The notes below the pieces were generated by a model, which searched no databases, had not been told where the DNA came from, and was given only the letters and a program-made list of their open reading frames with translations. Shown here in pieces: positions 37,471 to 47,808 of a stretch of 64,000 nucleotides of DNA (position 1 is its first letter; every line of letters starts with the position of its first letter). This stretch comes from Monocercomonoides exilis PA203 (taxonomy: Eukaryota; Protista; Preaxostyla). The position numbers and the translations under genes were made by a program. The stretch spans positions 1,054,001-1,118,000 of the forward strand of contig LSRY02000010.1 in the NCBI GenBank assembly GCA_001643675.2, given 5' to 3'.

Positions 37471-38186
37471 ATTGCTCAACCTATTTTGACAAAAATAAAT
37501 AAAAAACAGTTGCTTAAAATTTAAAAAATTTGAAAACAATCCTCAAACGATTTCCATATTATCCAATGAAGGGACAAACACATGCGATGCATCCATGAAT
37601 TACAAATAAATAAAAATTTCCAAATGCCTTATTACCTTTAAATCCGTCAGTGACCGGCAGTGTCGTAAGTGCCGCGGTATATATACCACAAAAAAAAGAT
37701 CACGACACAACCCATTGTTGGTGAAAATATAGAAAATGAACAGTTAAAAAATAAAAAATAATATTTATAAAAAATTCCGATTCTATAAAAAATAAATTGC
37801 AAATAAAATTTAACAACTTCCTGTATTCTCTTTTTTGACAAAAAAACACTTTTAATATTAGTGAAATATTTGTTTTCGGTCACGTCACGTCACTTTAAAA
37901 ATGTTCACGTCAGAAGGCATGTGACGCAGATGTTTAATTTAAATATTTGTGAGTTGGAATCTTTGAAAATAAAATATATTAAAAAATGAAAATTAATTGA
38001 ATTAAAATGGAAAAACTTAATCTTGATTTGTTGTTTTTTCGCTTATCAAAAAATATAGTGCAAGCAAACTGTCTTGTCGGTCGACTTGTCGAGCCATGAA
38101 AAAAAATGTCGGTCTGTCGCAAAGGCCTAGTTTTTAATAACAATTTGATTATTTTTCAGGAGAAAGACACAATTAATTGAATATAT

Positions 38187-39042
38187 GGTAACTTTCATAA
38201 TAGGCGGACACTTTCCTAATGGCCGGACAGTAACCTTTTCTCAGCAGCTAAAGAACGAAGAGTTTTAATTTTTCCCCACATCAATCGAAAGGTGAATATG
38301 AGTACATGAAGCATTCTGAGAATACTTCATTCCTGTTCATTCATTTTTTAAAAATATATTTTGTTTTTCGGAGAAATTCGGAAAAACTAATAACTCCATG
38401 TTTCTCCGAAAAACAAAATATATTTTTAAAAAATGAATGAACAGGAATGAAGTATTCTCAGAATGCTTCATGAACAGTCTAAACCGGATATAATCACTTC
38501 GAATAAAATCACATTCGCATATTGTCACATTTTTCGATGCACCGACATTTTTTGCTTGTTTTTCATTCATTTTCCATCACACATAATCACAGGGAGGAAA
38601 ATATATAATCACATTTTATTTCGTTATGGGTAATTTTTTCAAAGAAAAATTGATTTTTTGATCAAAAATCACAATTTTTCGCTTTTTCAAAAATGTTCTC
38701 AAATAAGTCAGAATTATGTGTATTTATGATAATAATTGTTATTGACGCTGAAAAATGCGTTTTGATGAAGAATTTTAAAAAAAGAAAAAATCGATCCAAA
38801 ATTAATTATTTCAAAAATTAATATTAATTTTTTTCTGTGAAAAGAATCATCGTTTATAATCACAATCGGATATAGTCACAAAAAGTTGTGCAAAAACCGA
38901 TGTGATTATATCCGGTTTTGACTGTACTCATATTCACCTTACGATTGATGTGGGGAAAAATTAAAACTCTACGTTCTTTAGCTGCTGAGAAAAGGTTACT
39001 GTCCGGCCATTAGGAAAGTGTCCGCCTATAATGAAAGTTACT
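38187..39042. mobile_element. Palindromic MITE (~405 bp net) interrupted in its right arm by a second MITE
   Basis: Left arm ggtaactttcat...gagtacatgaagcattc...ggagaaa (38187-~38375) pairs with tttctcc...gcttcatg (38401-38472) plus tactcatattc...gaaagttact (38925-39042). AT dinucleotide on both outer flanks. Confidence 0.85.
38475..38924. mobile_element. Tc1/mariner-type MITE (450 bp) nested in the palindromic MITE
   Basis: TIRs CAGTCTAAACCGGATATAATCACTTCG and CGATGTGATTATATCCGGTTTTGACTG (27 bp, 2 mismatches). TA on the right, AA on the left where the outer palindrome predicts TA. Internal ATAATCACA-like repeats. Confidence 0.85.
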
Positions 39043-40899
39043 ATTCATCTCTTTTTAACGCTGTTTTTCAAAATGTTAATAAATATGTTCGAATGTCTGC
39101 AAATGAGTTGTAACATTTGAAATCAATATATTTGTCAATCTGAGCATAATTTCTTTCATCCTCAAATACAATATCTGTAGAAATGGGATAGTCTGGAATA
39201 AGTTTATTTAATTTTTTCGTGGAGAAATTTTTATAAATATTCAATTGCGATATTTTCGAAATAAAGTAAAGGATTGAAAGATTAACTTTTATAATTTGTA
39301 AAAATGTCTATATTTTTTTTGAAAAGTTCCTTTTGTTTAATATTCATATGTGTGATTATTTTTTTAATTATAACTTTTTTCGGAGTGTCGATTCATCAAG
39401 GGTTTTATTTCTTTGGAGAGGAATTTATCCTCAAAAAGAAAAATGCATTTAAATTTGGTGATTATTTTTGTTAACATATTTATCCATTCAAAAAATTCGG
39501 TTCAAAAATTTCCTTGAATATCAACAAAAAAAGTCTGAAAAGTGAAAAAGCTTATAAGTTGCATCTTCATCTTTATTTGTGCTTAAACATTCGATTTTAA
39601 AGCAGTTGTGATAATTCAACAGTTCAAACACATAATCTCTTCCCTATGACAAACAACGTTTGAAATAATTGCTCCTGAAAAATTTTCGATTTCAAAAATA
39701 ATCATGCAATTGTTTAAAAAAATGATGCTTCAAATAATATTCACGAAAAAAAATAATCAAAAAAAAAAGAAAATTAAATATTTCAACGTTCATTATTTGT
39801 CAATATTCAAAGAGAAATCTCAAACCGAAATTTTTGACTGAAAAAATATGAATTCTTAAACAATTCCCCAAATGAAAAAGAAATTGAATATTTTCATCAA
39901 ATTTTCATTCAAACTCACAAAAATTCTACATCATAAAAACATATTCTTGACAATGTTATTATTAACATGCTGGTAAATTTTTGTCAGTCTGAATAATAAT
40001 GAAGTGAAAATATTCATTTTTCAATTTCACTTGAAAATTAAACAAAATGTACTTTTTAAAAAAAACTTAGACAAATATAAAAATGTCCAGCCAAAAGAAA
40101 CTTAATTATCCAATTTGAGAATTTTTTAGAAAAAAATAGTTTTTGATTTATCTGAAAAAGAAATCGTGATGGATGATTCGGAAAGCGAAAAAAGTGACTC
40201 AACAAAATCAGAGCTCGAGAATGAAATTTTTGATGAAAAAGACATTCTTCAAATTATCGAATTTGAAGATTCAGATTTTCTTAAAAAAGGGGAGAGTGCA
40301 AGTGTTTTTAAATTTGACCCAAAAAAATGTTGATTAATTAATGTTTTTTCGAATTTTCGAATTTCATAAATTCATTCACCTATTTTTTATCATTTTATTC
40401 GATACAAGCGATCATTTTTGAAACCCTATTTTTTCTGATAAAACTTTCGGTTTAAATTTTTATTTTGAATGTTCATTAATGAACCCTGAAAAGTGATAGA
40501 TCCATTCAATGACGTCAAAGCTATTTTTTCAAGTCAAACTTTGGCGATTGAACTGATTTGTAATCATTTGAAAATTGATTGAAACTATTAAGCAAATGAC
40601 AATGAATTATCACAATAATGAACACCACGAAAAAAGTTATGCTCTCAAAAATAGTTACCCTTATTTTTGTTTTCAACTTTTTTAATAACTTCCGCACATC
40701 AAAAATGAATTAGAACATGATATCTATTTGTAATATTTCTTGAATTCTTATTTCATAAAAAAAATCGCCGTTCCCAAATGCAGCGTTATTGCCAAAAAGA
40801 AAATATTTCAAAAAAATTCAATTTGAAAGAATGATTTATGATTTATTCAATAAATAAATTAGACATGCTCAGCACGATATGCTATTTTTTCTTTCTATC

Positions 40900-40904
40900 T
40901 GTCA

Positions 40905-40942
<38 letters not shown>

Positions 40943-41006
40943 TCGACACAGATATTTTTTTTCGACCGACACGATTCATCAAAAATTTCTTTGTAGCAAA
41001 GGCCTA
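40900..41006 (-). mobile_element. Orphan terminus of a related hAT element
   Basis: TGTAGCAAAGGCCTA (40992-41006; 14/15 match to the TIR), preceded by TCGACCGACA, CTCGACA and a long poly(A). This is the reverse complement of the architecture at 28473-28575. Confidence 0.75.
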
Positions 41007-42033
41007 AATGTACACATTCTTTTTATTGAATGTTTTTTTATCAATAAATTAAAAACTTGGGTCATGAAAAATTGTGTAATGGGTGGAAAAACAAATATTT
41101 GGTTATGTCAACTGTAGACGAAAACAATTTAAGTTTATCTTCCGATAATCTGTGGTTAAATAACTTTTGATGTTATTAGCCACAATATATTTGTGTTGCT
41201 TTATTGTGAAATGCGAAGTTGGTTCATATCCGCTCAAAGAAAATTCATTTCATTCAACATTGAATGCACAAATTTCAAAACTTTCAAACTCAATATTACA
41301 AATAAATATTAAAAATGCTGAATTTTCTCCATATTTTTTTCATACGATTTTTGTATCTTGCAAACTAAGTTTGGAATTTGATTTTTTAATGTTGGAGAAA
41401 TTAATAATCATTATGTTATTGAAAGATATTTCATCATATGCAATTGTTGCTCCTTCTATACCAGAAAAAGAAATCCTTTTTCGAAAAGGGAAAGTCCAGA
41501 TCTTAACAGGTTTTTACAGATTAAACATATTTTTTTCTTTTACTGAGCATTTCAACCTTTAAACCAGAGTTCGACACATCTTTAAGTTCCCCCATGGACG
41601 TTGCAATTATACTACGCAGGCCTATTAAGAAGATGGAGAGCCTTTCTTTTGAAATACATTCCATAGAAAATACATTTGAAAGAAACAACTTTGAAATGGC
41701 ATGGACAACTTTTATCGTGTTTGTTTTTGTAATTTACATTTTTTTAAAACAGAAAATAGCAGTTATATTCGCGAACATTAAAAATGAAACTAAAGTTATT
41801 GAAACAATTCTTTGTTTGGAAGATACGAATGTATGTGAAGGCTTTCTTTGCTCAAGGATTTTATTGGCTTATGCCTTTATGTTTTTATTGAAAAAAAAAT
41901 ATTATAACTTTAGATTAATGAGATATCTACAGGAAGCTTTAAAGAGAATAAACAAGTTTATTTATTATCTGGAACAGTTCTGAAAAATCTTCAGTCTTCA
42001 CCAAAAATTGAAGAAGAAAACCACAAAGAAACT

Positions 42034-45000
42034 ATGCTTTTGGAGCCCGTTGAAGGATGTCTCGTTGATATCTTTGTCAATTCGAGTTTCAAAGTTACAT
42101 GCGAAACAGATTCCACGGGACATTTCGCAGTGTGTATTGCTGGAGATAGCATTGAAAGCAAAGACTCAAACAAAGAAAGAAGAATCTTTTATGTTGCTTC
42201 AACGGAACAATTCAATGGTATGACACAGCAAGTACAGATTGAACAGGCAGTTGCACATTCAAATAAACACAAGAATATTGTTGAACAGCCTGCCGTTGTA
42301 CTATTGCTAAAAGAGTCACATACACCTTCAACTAAGTTGGATCCATCTTCAACAAACAACATTATTTCATCTGTTTCTGCAAATTCACAAGTGCAAAGCC
42401 TTCCTGTGATGATGCGCTCGCAGGCACCATCTGCTTCTTCCAACTTACCAGTGGGTCTTGCAGCTACGCAAGGCACAATTACTGGTGTTGTGTGTCTCGA
42501 CTGCAACGACAGCAATACCTGCGGTCCGTATCCACTGCATCCAGTTATCGATGCGCGTGTGTATCTGCGCATAGACGACCAGCCTGCAGTGCAGGTGGCA
42601 GGCACAGACGCCTACGGGCATTTCTCGTTCGACGTAGAGGCGCAGACCAGCGGAACAGTCGCAGTCGTGATCGATTGTGATTCACCAGAAGACGAGGATA
42701 CGTACCACACGAAGACGTTCACTATTTCAAACGTTCAGCCAGGACAGGTAATCAGCAGCGATCTTCCATTCGACTGTGAAGATAGGTGCAATGCGTTGCA
42801 GTGCGAAAGAAGGGCTGTTGTCGTAAAGCTCTGCTACACATGCGACAACATCACTTGCATTTCAGTAGACCCAGGCTCAGAGGAGCAAAGGCTGCTGTAC
42901 CGACGTCATGTCGCTCTGGTTCTCAAGTCGAGTGAAATCCCTCCTGACGGGCAGCCTGTGTATTTCACATACACAGACGAAAATGGGTCAGCTATTCTTT
43001 ACGATGTCTGCTATGACACATACACACTGATTGTAGATGGAGCTGGGATTGACCCGACGGTGGAGAGAGACATAGTCATCGATCAGAACACAGAGCAGCC
43101 AACCCGAGTGACGTATCTGCGCAGCGAGCTGTGCCAGTCCCAGGTCAGCGTGCATGTCTGCCTCGATTGCCAGCATCAAGGAGTTTGCAGCGACCAGCCT
43201 CTTCCGGAAACACATGTTGTAGTGCTTGACAGTTCGGGCGCAAATGTAGCAGAGGGTACAACGGAAGCCAATGGAGATGTATCATTCACATTAACTCCTC
43301 CGTTTAACGGATACGTGCAACTGCTTCCAAATTGCCAAGTTGACGATAGCTCGATGCTAATCCAGCCTTTGGAAATCACTGAAAGTAGCACGAACGTGAG
43401 AATCGATTTTCCTATCGTTTGCGAAGATCTATGCCAAAAGCCATGCGATGTAGGTGATATCCATGTTGTTGCCTGCATCACCTGTGATAACAGCAATTGT
43501 GCAAAGGTTGAACAGCAACCTGGAACATTTAGCGGGTTCACAGTTGTGGTCAGGCAGATCTTCAATCCAAGTGGAGGAGACCTGTTTGAGCAGACATTGC
43601 AACTTAGCGATGAAGGAGAAGCGTTCATCCCGCAAGTGTGTGTTGGAGAATACGAAGTGACGCTGTATGATCCATCTGGCTACTCTGCAGCATCAAACGT
43701 TATCAATCTGCAGCCTGGCGAGCTTGCGAGAGTCGAGCTTCTGTTTAATGATTTCTACCAATGCATGATCACCATCAATGGGCACGTTTGCTTGGACTGC
43801 GACAGAACTGGGACATGTTCTCAGGACTCTCCGCCTATTTCGGACGGCTATGCCGAGCTGAGAACGTTAGACGGCTTTGTCTATGGCAGAGTGCTTCTTG
43901 ATCCCAACGGCGACTTTCAGATAGCACACGAACCTTCGTCAGATCTGATGATAGATCTGACAGTCAACTGCCCAGAATATGCTGGTGGGCCAGAACAACA
44001 CCAAGTCTTTTATGATCCTAACCTCGCTCCAGGAAGTACGGTTTTCCATGACTTTGCGGTCTATTGCTACGACCGTTGCGAAGACCAGTGTTCTCCGGTC
44101 TTTGCGACAATCGTGCTGTGCTACAGCTGCTATGGCGGTCAATGCACAGAGTTTCCCGAAGGCTCTCAAGGGAGAGCCATGCTGGATTCGCGGATGATTC
44201 GTTTGGAGCCTGATCAATCTGAGCCGGGACCTGATGGAGGAGTGCACATTGCGTCAACAAATTCCGATGGGGTGGCTGCATTTGTTGATATATGCGCTCA
44301 AAGTTATATTCTCACAGTTGTTGGCGTTAATGAGCCAGATTTCGTCATGCCTGTTAGATTCACCCCAGAGGATCCAAACCCGACTGTAGAGGTCGTTCTT
44401 GAGAACCAAGAATTGTGCACATCTCATATTACTGGCGTGGTGTGCCTTGATTGCGAAGAAACAGGCACTTGCTCATCAGATTCACCAAAGTTTCTCGATG
44501 TTCCCATCAACATTTATGATGAAACTGGATCTCTAGTTGCTAGCGACAAAACTACCGAAGGCGGCTCTTTCGATCTTTCTGTTTTAATGCCGTTGAACGG
44601 ACGAATTGAAGTATCTGTTCCGTGCGAAAGTACGGCTGGAGGAGAAAACCCCCAAGTTTTCAACTATCTTTTGGAAGTCACTGAACCCAATCAAGATCAA
44701 TCTTTTGAATTCCCCGTTTTCTGTGTGGATGATTGCCCTCCTCCTCCTTGTCAGAGCGTCGACGTAGCTATCGTTCTGTGCTATTCCTGCACAGACGGAG
44801 AGTGCCAGCCTTTCTCAGCAGATTCACCAGCCCTGCTTGCACTCAGCAATCGGGATGTGGAGTTGATCAGCATTAATCCTGGGCCAGACGATCCGACAAT
44901 TTGGTTTGCGAGGACAGATAGCACAGGAACAGCACACTTTTATTCTATTTGCGAAGGCGACTTGACGATGATAGTCAGCGGCGTTGGCAGAGAAGAGGAT

Positions 45001-47808
45001 CACACGGAGGAAATTCACGTTCAGAGCGGGGAACAACCAGAATTTCTTGTTCTGTTGCGCTCTGATGAGTTCTGTGCAGCGACCATATCTGGAATTGTGT
45101 GCTTAGACTGTGAGCAGCAAGGCGCATGCACAGCAGCATCACCCAGACTCTCTGATGTGACTGTGACGTATTCGTCTGCTGGGCAGCAGCCTTTGGCAGT
45201 GATTACTGACTCAACAGGATATTACTCGATGACTGTGGAAGTTCCAGCAACTGGCACTCTGACTGCAGTTGTTGATTGTGCTGCCACAGAAGGCGGAGCA
45301 ACACCGCAGGTTTTAAGCCGAACCATTTCAATTGATCAACCAGCAACTGAATTGGAGATTAATTTCACTCCATATTGTGCAGAGGAATGCAGCGATCTTC
45401 CAGTTGAGAACTTCTCTGTTTCGTTCTGTTTGGATTGCGATGACAACGGTACGTGCGACGAAAATCAAATTGAAGGAGCCTTTGACAATATGAATGCTGT
45501 GCTGACAACTCCCTTGCCCAACGACGATCCGATGAAAACAGTTGCTTCAGCTCCAATTCGAGGATCGGCTGCTTCGTTTGTTGGAGTTCCAGCAGGTGTC
45601 TACTATTTGTTTATAGCGCCATTCCCCACAGCAGAAGATACAGGAATGAAGTTTGTGAAGGAAATAACTGTGAACGTTGGAAGCGAAGAAGAACCGGTGG
45701 AACTTCAGAATTTGCCTATCTTTAATCATGTTTTGTGCTTAACTAACCACGTTATCACTGGAACCGTGTGCTATGATTGCTTCCAGAATGGATCTTGCAC
45801 AGCTCCAGCTGAAGGAATGATAATAACAGCAACAAACGATGCAACAGGCGAAGTTGCACAAGCTGTTACAGACAGCAACGGAGTTTATTACATTTATCCA
45901 GCAACAAGCGGAGTTTTCAATGTGAGTGCAGATCTCAGCTTCTGCGAAAACGAAGTGAATGAATTGAGCAGAGATTATGTGAGAGGAACCTCGTCTGTCA
46001 ACGTCATAGTGAACCAGCAGTCGACAACTGGGCGCGAGCACATTGCTGATCTGATGCCTTTCTGCGAAGTGGAGTGTTATCGGCCAGTTTCTGGATGCGT
46101 CTTCTGCGATGTGCACCACAACGGTACTGACGAAATGTGCAACGGAGATGGATTTGAAGGCGTGGTTGTTGTGCTGCTTGACGAAAACAATGACGTGCTC
46201 GCAGAAACACTGACAGATGAGAACGGGCACTACACATTCATCGGGGTGCTTCCCGGGAGCTATACGGCAGTGGGCATAGATGTTCCAGCGTGCGGAGGGA
46301 ACAATGGAAGTGGAGATGGAAACCGGACAAATGTGACTGTTCCTTTTGATGTCTTTCCGGAAGATGAAGAGGCAATAGTTGATCTTCCAGTGAATGAAAC
46401 AGGCAACGGTGGATACATTGCAGGGAGAGTGTTATTAATGTGCCAATTTCATTCTTTGAATTCGACCGATCTGAACAATGTTCAACTGAATAACCTGAGC
46501 TGCAATTGTCAGTCAAGTTCATCTGATCCTTGGCCGATTCCTCCGTGTCCTCCTATTCGTCCGACGCCATGTCCGAAATGTCCTTGTTCAACTTTTCCTT
46601 CCTATTCATCTGATTGTAATGAAAACTCAGTGAATGACAATCCAGTTGATCTGGCCCTGCAAGAGTTCACAAGTGATTGGCTAAAGAAAAGACAACTTAA
46701 CGAAGCAAGCTACCTTAATAATGTGCAAAATGAAAAGAATTGGATAGATTCTCTTGTGCATCCACTGGGAAATAATCAACCTTCAATTCGTGCTTTGGAA
46801 GCTATGAATCAGCGAGTGATACCGAAAAGCAAAGCTCAGTCTGAACGTTATTTGCCTGAATCGCTTTCTATTCAGAATCCATTTGGATGTTTTGCTAGTC
46901 CAAGAGAATTTCGAGCATATACAAATTGCAATTGCACAGGAAACCTTTCAGTCGCAGCTGTTGTTAATGTTACATATCCAATTCCGTCTGGGAGCGCGAT
47001 ACTGACTGTCTCAGAGAATGGAACAGGTAAAGTTCCAAATGGAACGAACACAACAGAATTGGTGAGAGGGCAATTCATTTTTACTGAATTAAGAGCAGGC
47101 TCCGGTTATACTTTGAACATATCATTACCAGCTGGATCACAAGTTGACTTTGAACACTCGGTTATTCCTGATGCAATGCAGCCAGTTTATCAGTATCGTG
47201 TGGGTGATCAGCCGACATACGTATCTTTTGGTCCGATGACGCTCAGCGACGAGTCAGAAGAAGGCATCGATGGACTGGTGCTTGTTGTGATGAACGAAGA
47301 CTTGTGTGCTGATTTTGATGCTGATATTGTGATTAACAGATTGAGCGTGTTGGATGAGAATGTTTATGAATTGAATGACCCTTCATATAATTATCTTGTG
47401 GCAGATGATTCAAAAAGTGTGGAATCATCCTTTGAAGAAGCTAGCAACAATATAAAAGAGGTGAAAATCACAACAGTTGCAAAAAAGAAAGTGTTCAATG
47501 GCAATAAAGAAAGCAATGAACAAAATGGCTCGCAACAGCGCAAAAGCATATCAAAGCAGACTGAAGAGAAGAAATCAAATGAAGATGCGAAAAATAAAAT
47601 GATGCGAAAACCTCTGAAACAACAATCACAAACAAAATTGCCGCAAGTTTCGGAGACTGTTGTATCTAAGCCACCCAAGGAAAAGGACACAAAAATATCT
47701 CGTCTGAAAAGATTGAAGGAAGATTCACAAAAGCAAACAACGAAAGAAGTTGAAAATGCAAAAGAGGACTTACTTAAAAAGAAGAGCAAAATTCGAGTTA
47801 GAAATTAA
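42034..47808 (+). CDS. Large Cys-rich protein with ~12-13 tandem SdrD-B/prealbumin-like beta-sandwich repeats and a basic C-terminal tail; probable upstream exon(s) with signal peptide from ~41170
   Basis: 1924-aa ORF. Repeats begin I(T/S)GxVCLDCxxxGxC or VLCY(T/S)CxxxxC and contain TDxxGxY/F...PGxY. An in-frame acceptor (ctggaacag ~41978) precedes the ORF, and the hydrophobic MLLATIYLCCFIVKC starts at 41170. Confidence 0.8.
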   Translation: MLLEPVEGCLVDIFVNSSFKVTCETDSTGHFAVCIAGDSIESKDSNKERRIFYVASTEQFNGMTQQVQIEQAVAHSNKHKNIVEQPAVVLLLKESHTPSTKLDPSSTNNIISSVSANSQVQSLPVMMRSQAPSASSNLPVGLAATQGTITGVVCLDCNDSNTCGPYPLHPVIDARVYLRIDDQPAVQVAGTDAYGHFSFDVEAQTSGTVAVVIDCDSPEDEDTYHTKTFTISNVQPGQVISSDLPFDCEDRCNALQCERRAVVVKLCYTCDNITCISVDPGSEEQRLLYRRHVALVLKSSEIPPDGQPVYFTYTDENGSAILYDVCYDTYTLIVDGAGIDPTVERDIVIDQNTEQPTRVTYLRSELCQSQVSVHVCLDCQHQGVCSDQPLPETHVVVLDSSGANVAEGTTEANGDVSFTLTPPFNGYVQLLPNCQVDDSSMLIQPLEITESSTNVRIDFPIVCEDLCQKPCDVGDIHVVACITCDNSNCAKVEQQPGTFSGFTVVVRQIFNPSGGDLFEQTLQLSDEGEAFIPQVCVGEYEVTLYDPSGYSAASNVINLQPGELARVELLFNDFYQCMITINGHVCLDCDRTGTCSQDSPPISDGYAELRTLDGFVYGRVLLDPNGDFQIAHEPSSDLMIDLTVNCPEYAGGPEQHQVFYDPNLAPGSTVFHDFAVYCYDRCEDQCSPVFATIVLCYSCYGGQCTEFPEGSQGRAMLDSRMIRLEPDQSEPGPDGGVHIASTNSDGVAAFVDICAQSYILTVVGVNEPDFVMPVRFTPEDPNPTVEVVLENQELCTSHITGVVCLDCEETGTCSSDSPKFLDVPINIYDETGSLVASDKTTEGGSFDLSVLMPLNGRIEVSVPCESTAGGENPQVFNYLLEVTEPNQDQSFEFPVFCVDDCPPPPCQSVDVAIVLCYSCTDGECQPFSADSPALLALSNRDVELISINPGPDDPTIWFARTDSTGTAHFYSICEGDLTMIVSGVGREEDHTEEIHVQSGEQPEFLVLLRSDEFCAATISGIVCLDCEQQGACTAASPRLSDVTVTYSSAGQQPLAVITDSTGYYSMTVEVPATGTLTAVVDCAATEGGATPQVLSRTISIDQPATELEINFTPYCAEECSDLPVENFSVSFCLDCDDNGTCDENQIEGAFDNMNAVLTTPLPNDDPMKTVASAPIRGSAASFVGVPAGVYYLFIAPFPTAEDTGMKFVKEITVNVGSEEEPVELQNLPIFNHVLCLTNHVITGTVCYDCFQNGSCTAPAEGMIITATNDATGEVAQAVTDSNGVYYIYPATSGVFNVSADLSFCENEVNELSRDYVRGTSSVNVIVNQQSTTGREHIADLMPFCEVECYRPVSGCVFCDVHHNGTDEMCNGDGFEGVVVVLLDENNDVLAETLTDENGHYTFIGVLPGSYTAVGIDVPACGGNNGSGDGNRTNVTVPFDVFPEDEEAIVDLPVNETGNGGYIAGRVLLMCQFHSLNSTDLNNVQLNNLSCNCQSSSSDPWPIPPCPPIRPTPCPKCPCSTFPSYSSDCNENSVNDNPVDLALQEFTSDWLKKRQLNEASYLNNVQNEKNWIDSLVHPLGNNQPSIRALEAMNQRVIPKSKAQSERYLPESLSIQNPFGCFASPREFRAYTNCNCTGNLSVAAVVNVTYPIPSGSAILTVSENGTGKVPNGTNTTELVRGQFIFTELRAGSGYTLNISLPAGSQVDFEHSVIPDAMQPVYQYRVGDQPTYVSFGPMTLSDESEEGIDGLVLVVMNEDLCADFDADIVINRLSVLDENVYELNDPSYNYLVADDSKSVESSFEEASNNIKEVKITTVAKKKVFNGNKESNEQNGSQQRKSISKQTEEKKSNEDAKNKMMRKPLKQQSQTKLPQVSETVVSKPPKEKDTKISRLKRLKEDSQKQTTKEVENAKEDLLKKKSKIRVRN

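Larger units (their letters stand above)
28473..38129. mobile_element. 9,657-bp hAT-superfamily DNA transposon with cargo
   Basis: Perfect 15-bp TIRs TAGGCCTTTGCGACA (28473-28487) and TGTCGCAAAGGCCTA (38115-38129); perfect 8-bp TSD GTTTTTAA (28465-28472 and 38130-38137); subterminal TGTCGGTC(GA)/TGTCGAG motifs at both ends; hAT transposase remnant inside. Confidence 0.9.

Noticed and set aside
40169-40333. Short acidic ORF (MDDSESEKSDS...)
   Set aside because: About 54 codons, no recognisable motif or downstream exon; cannot be supported as a gene.
28473-41006. A larger 12.5-kb element using the 41006 TIR as its right end
   Set aside because: Flank AATGTACA does not match GTTTTTAA, whereas the 38129 end gives a perfect TSD.
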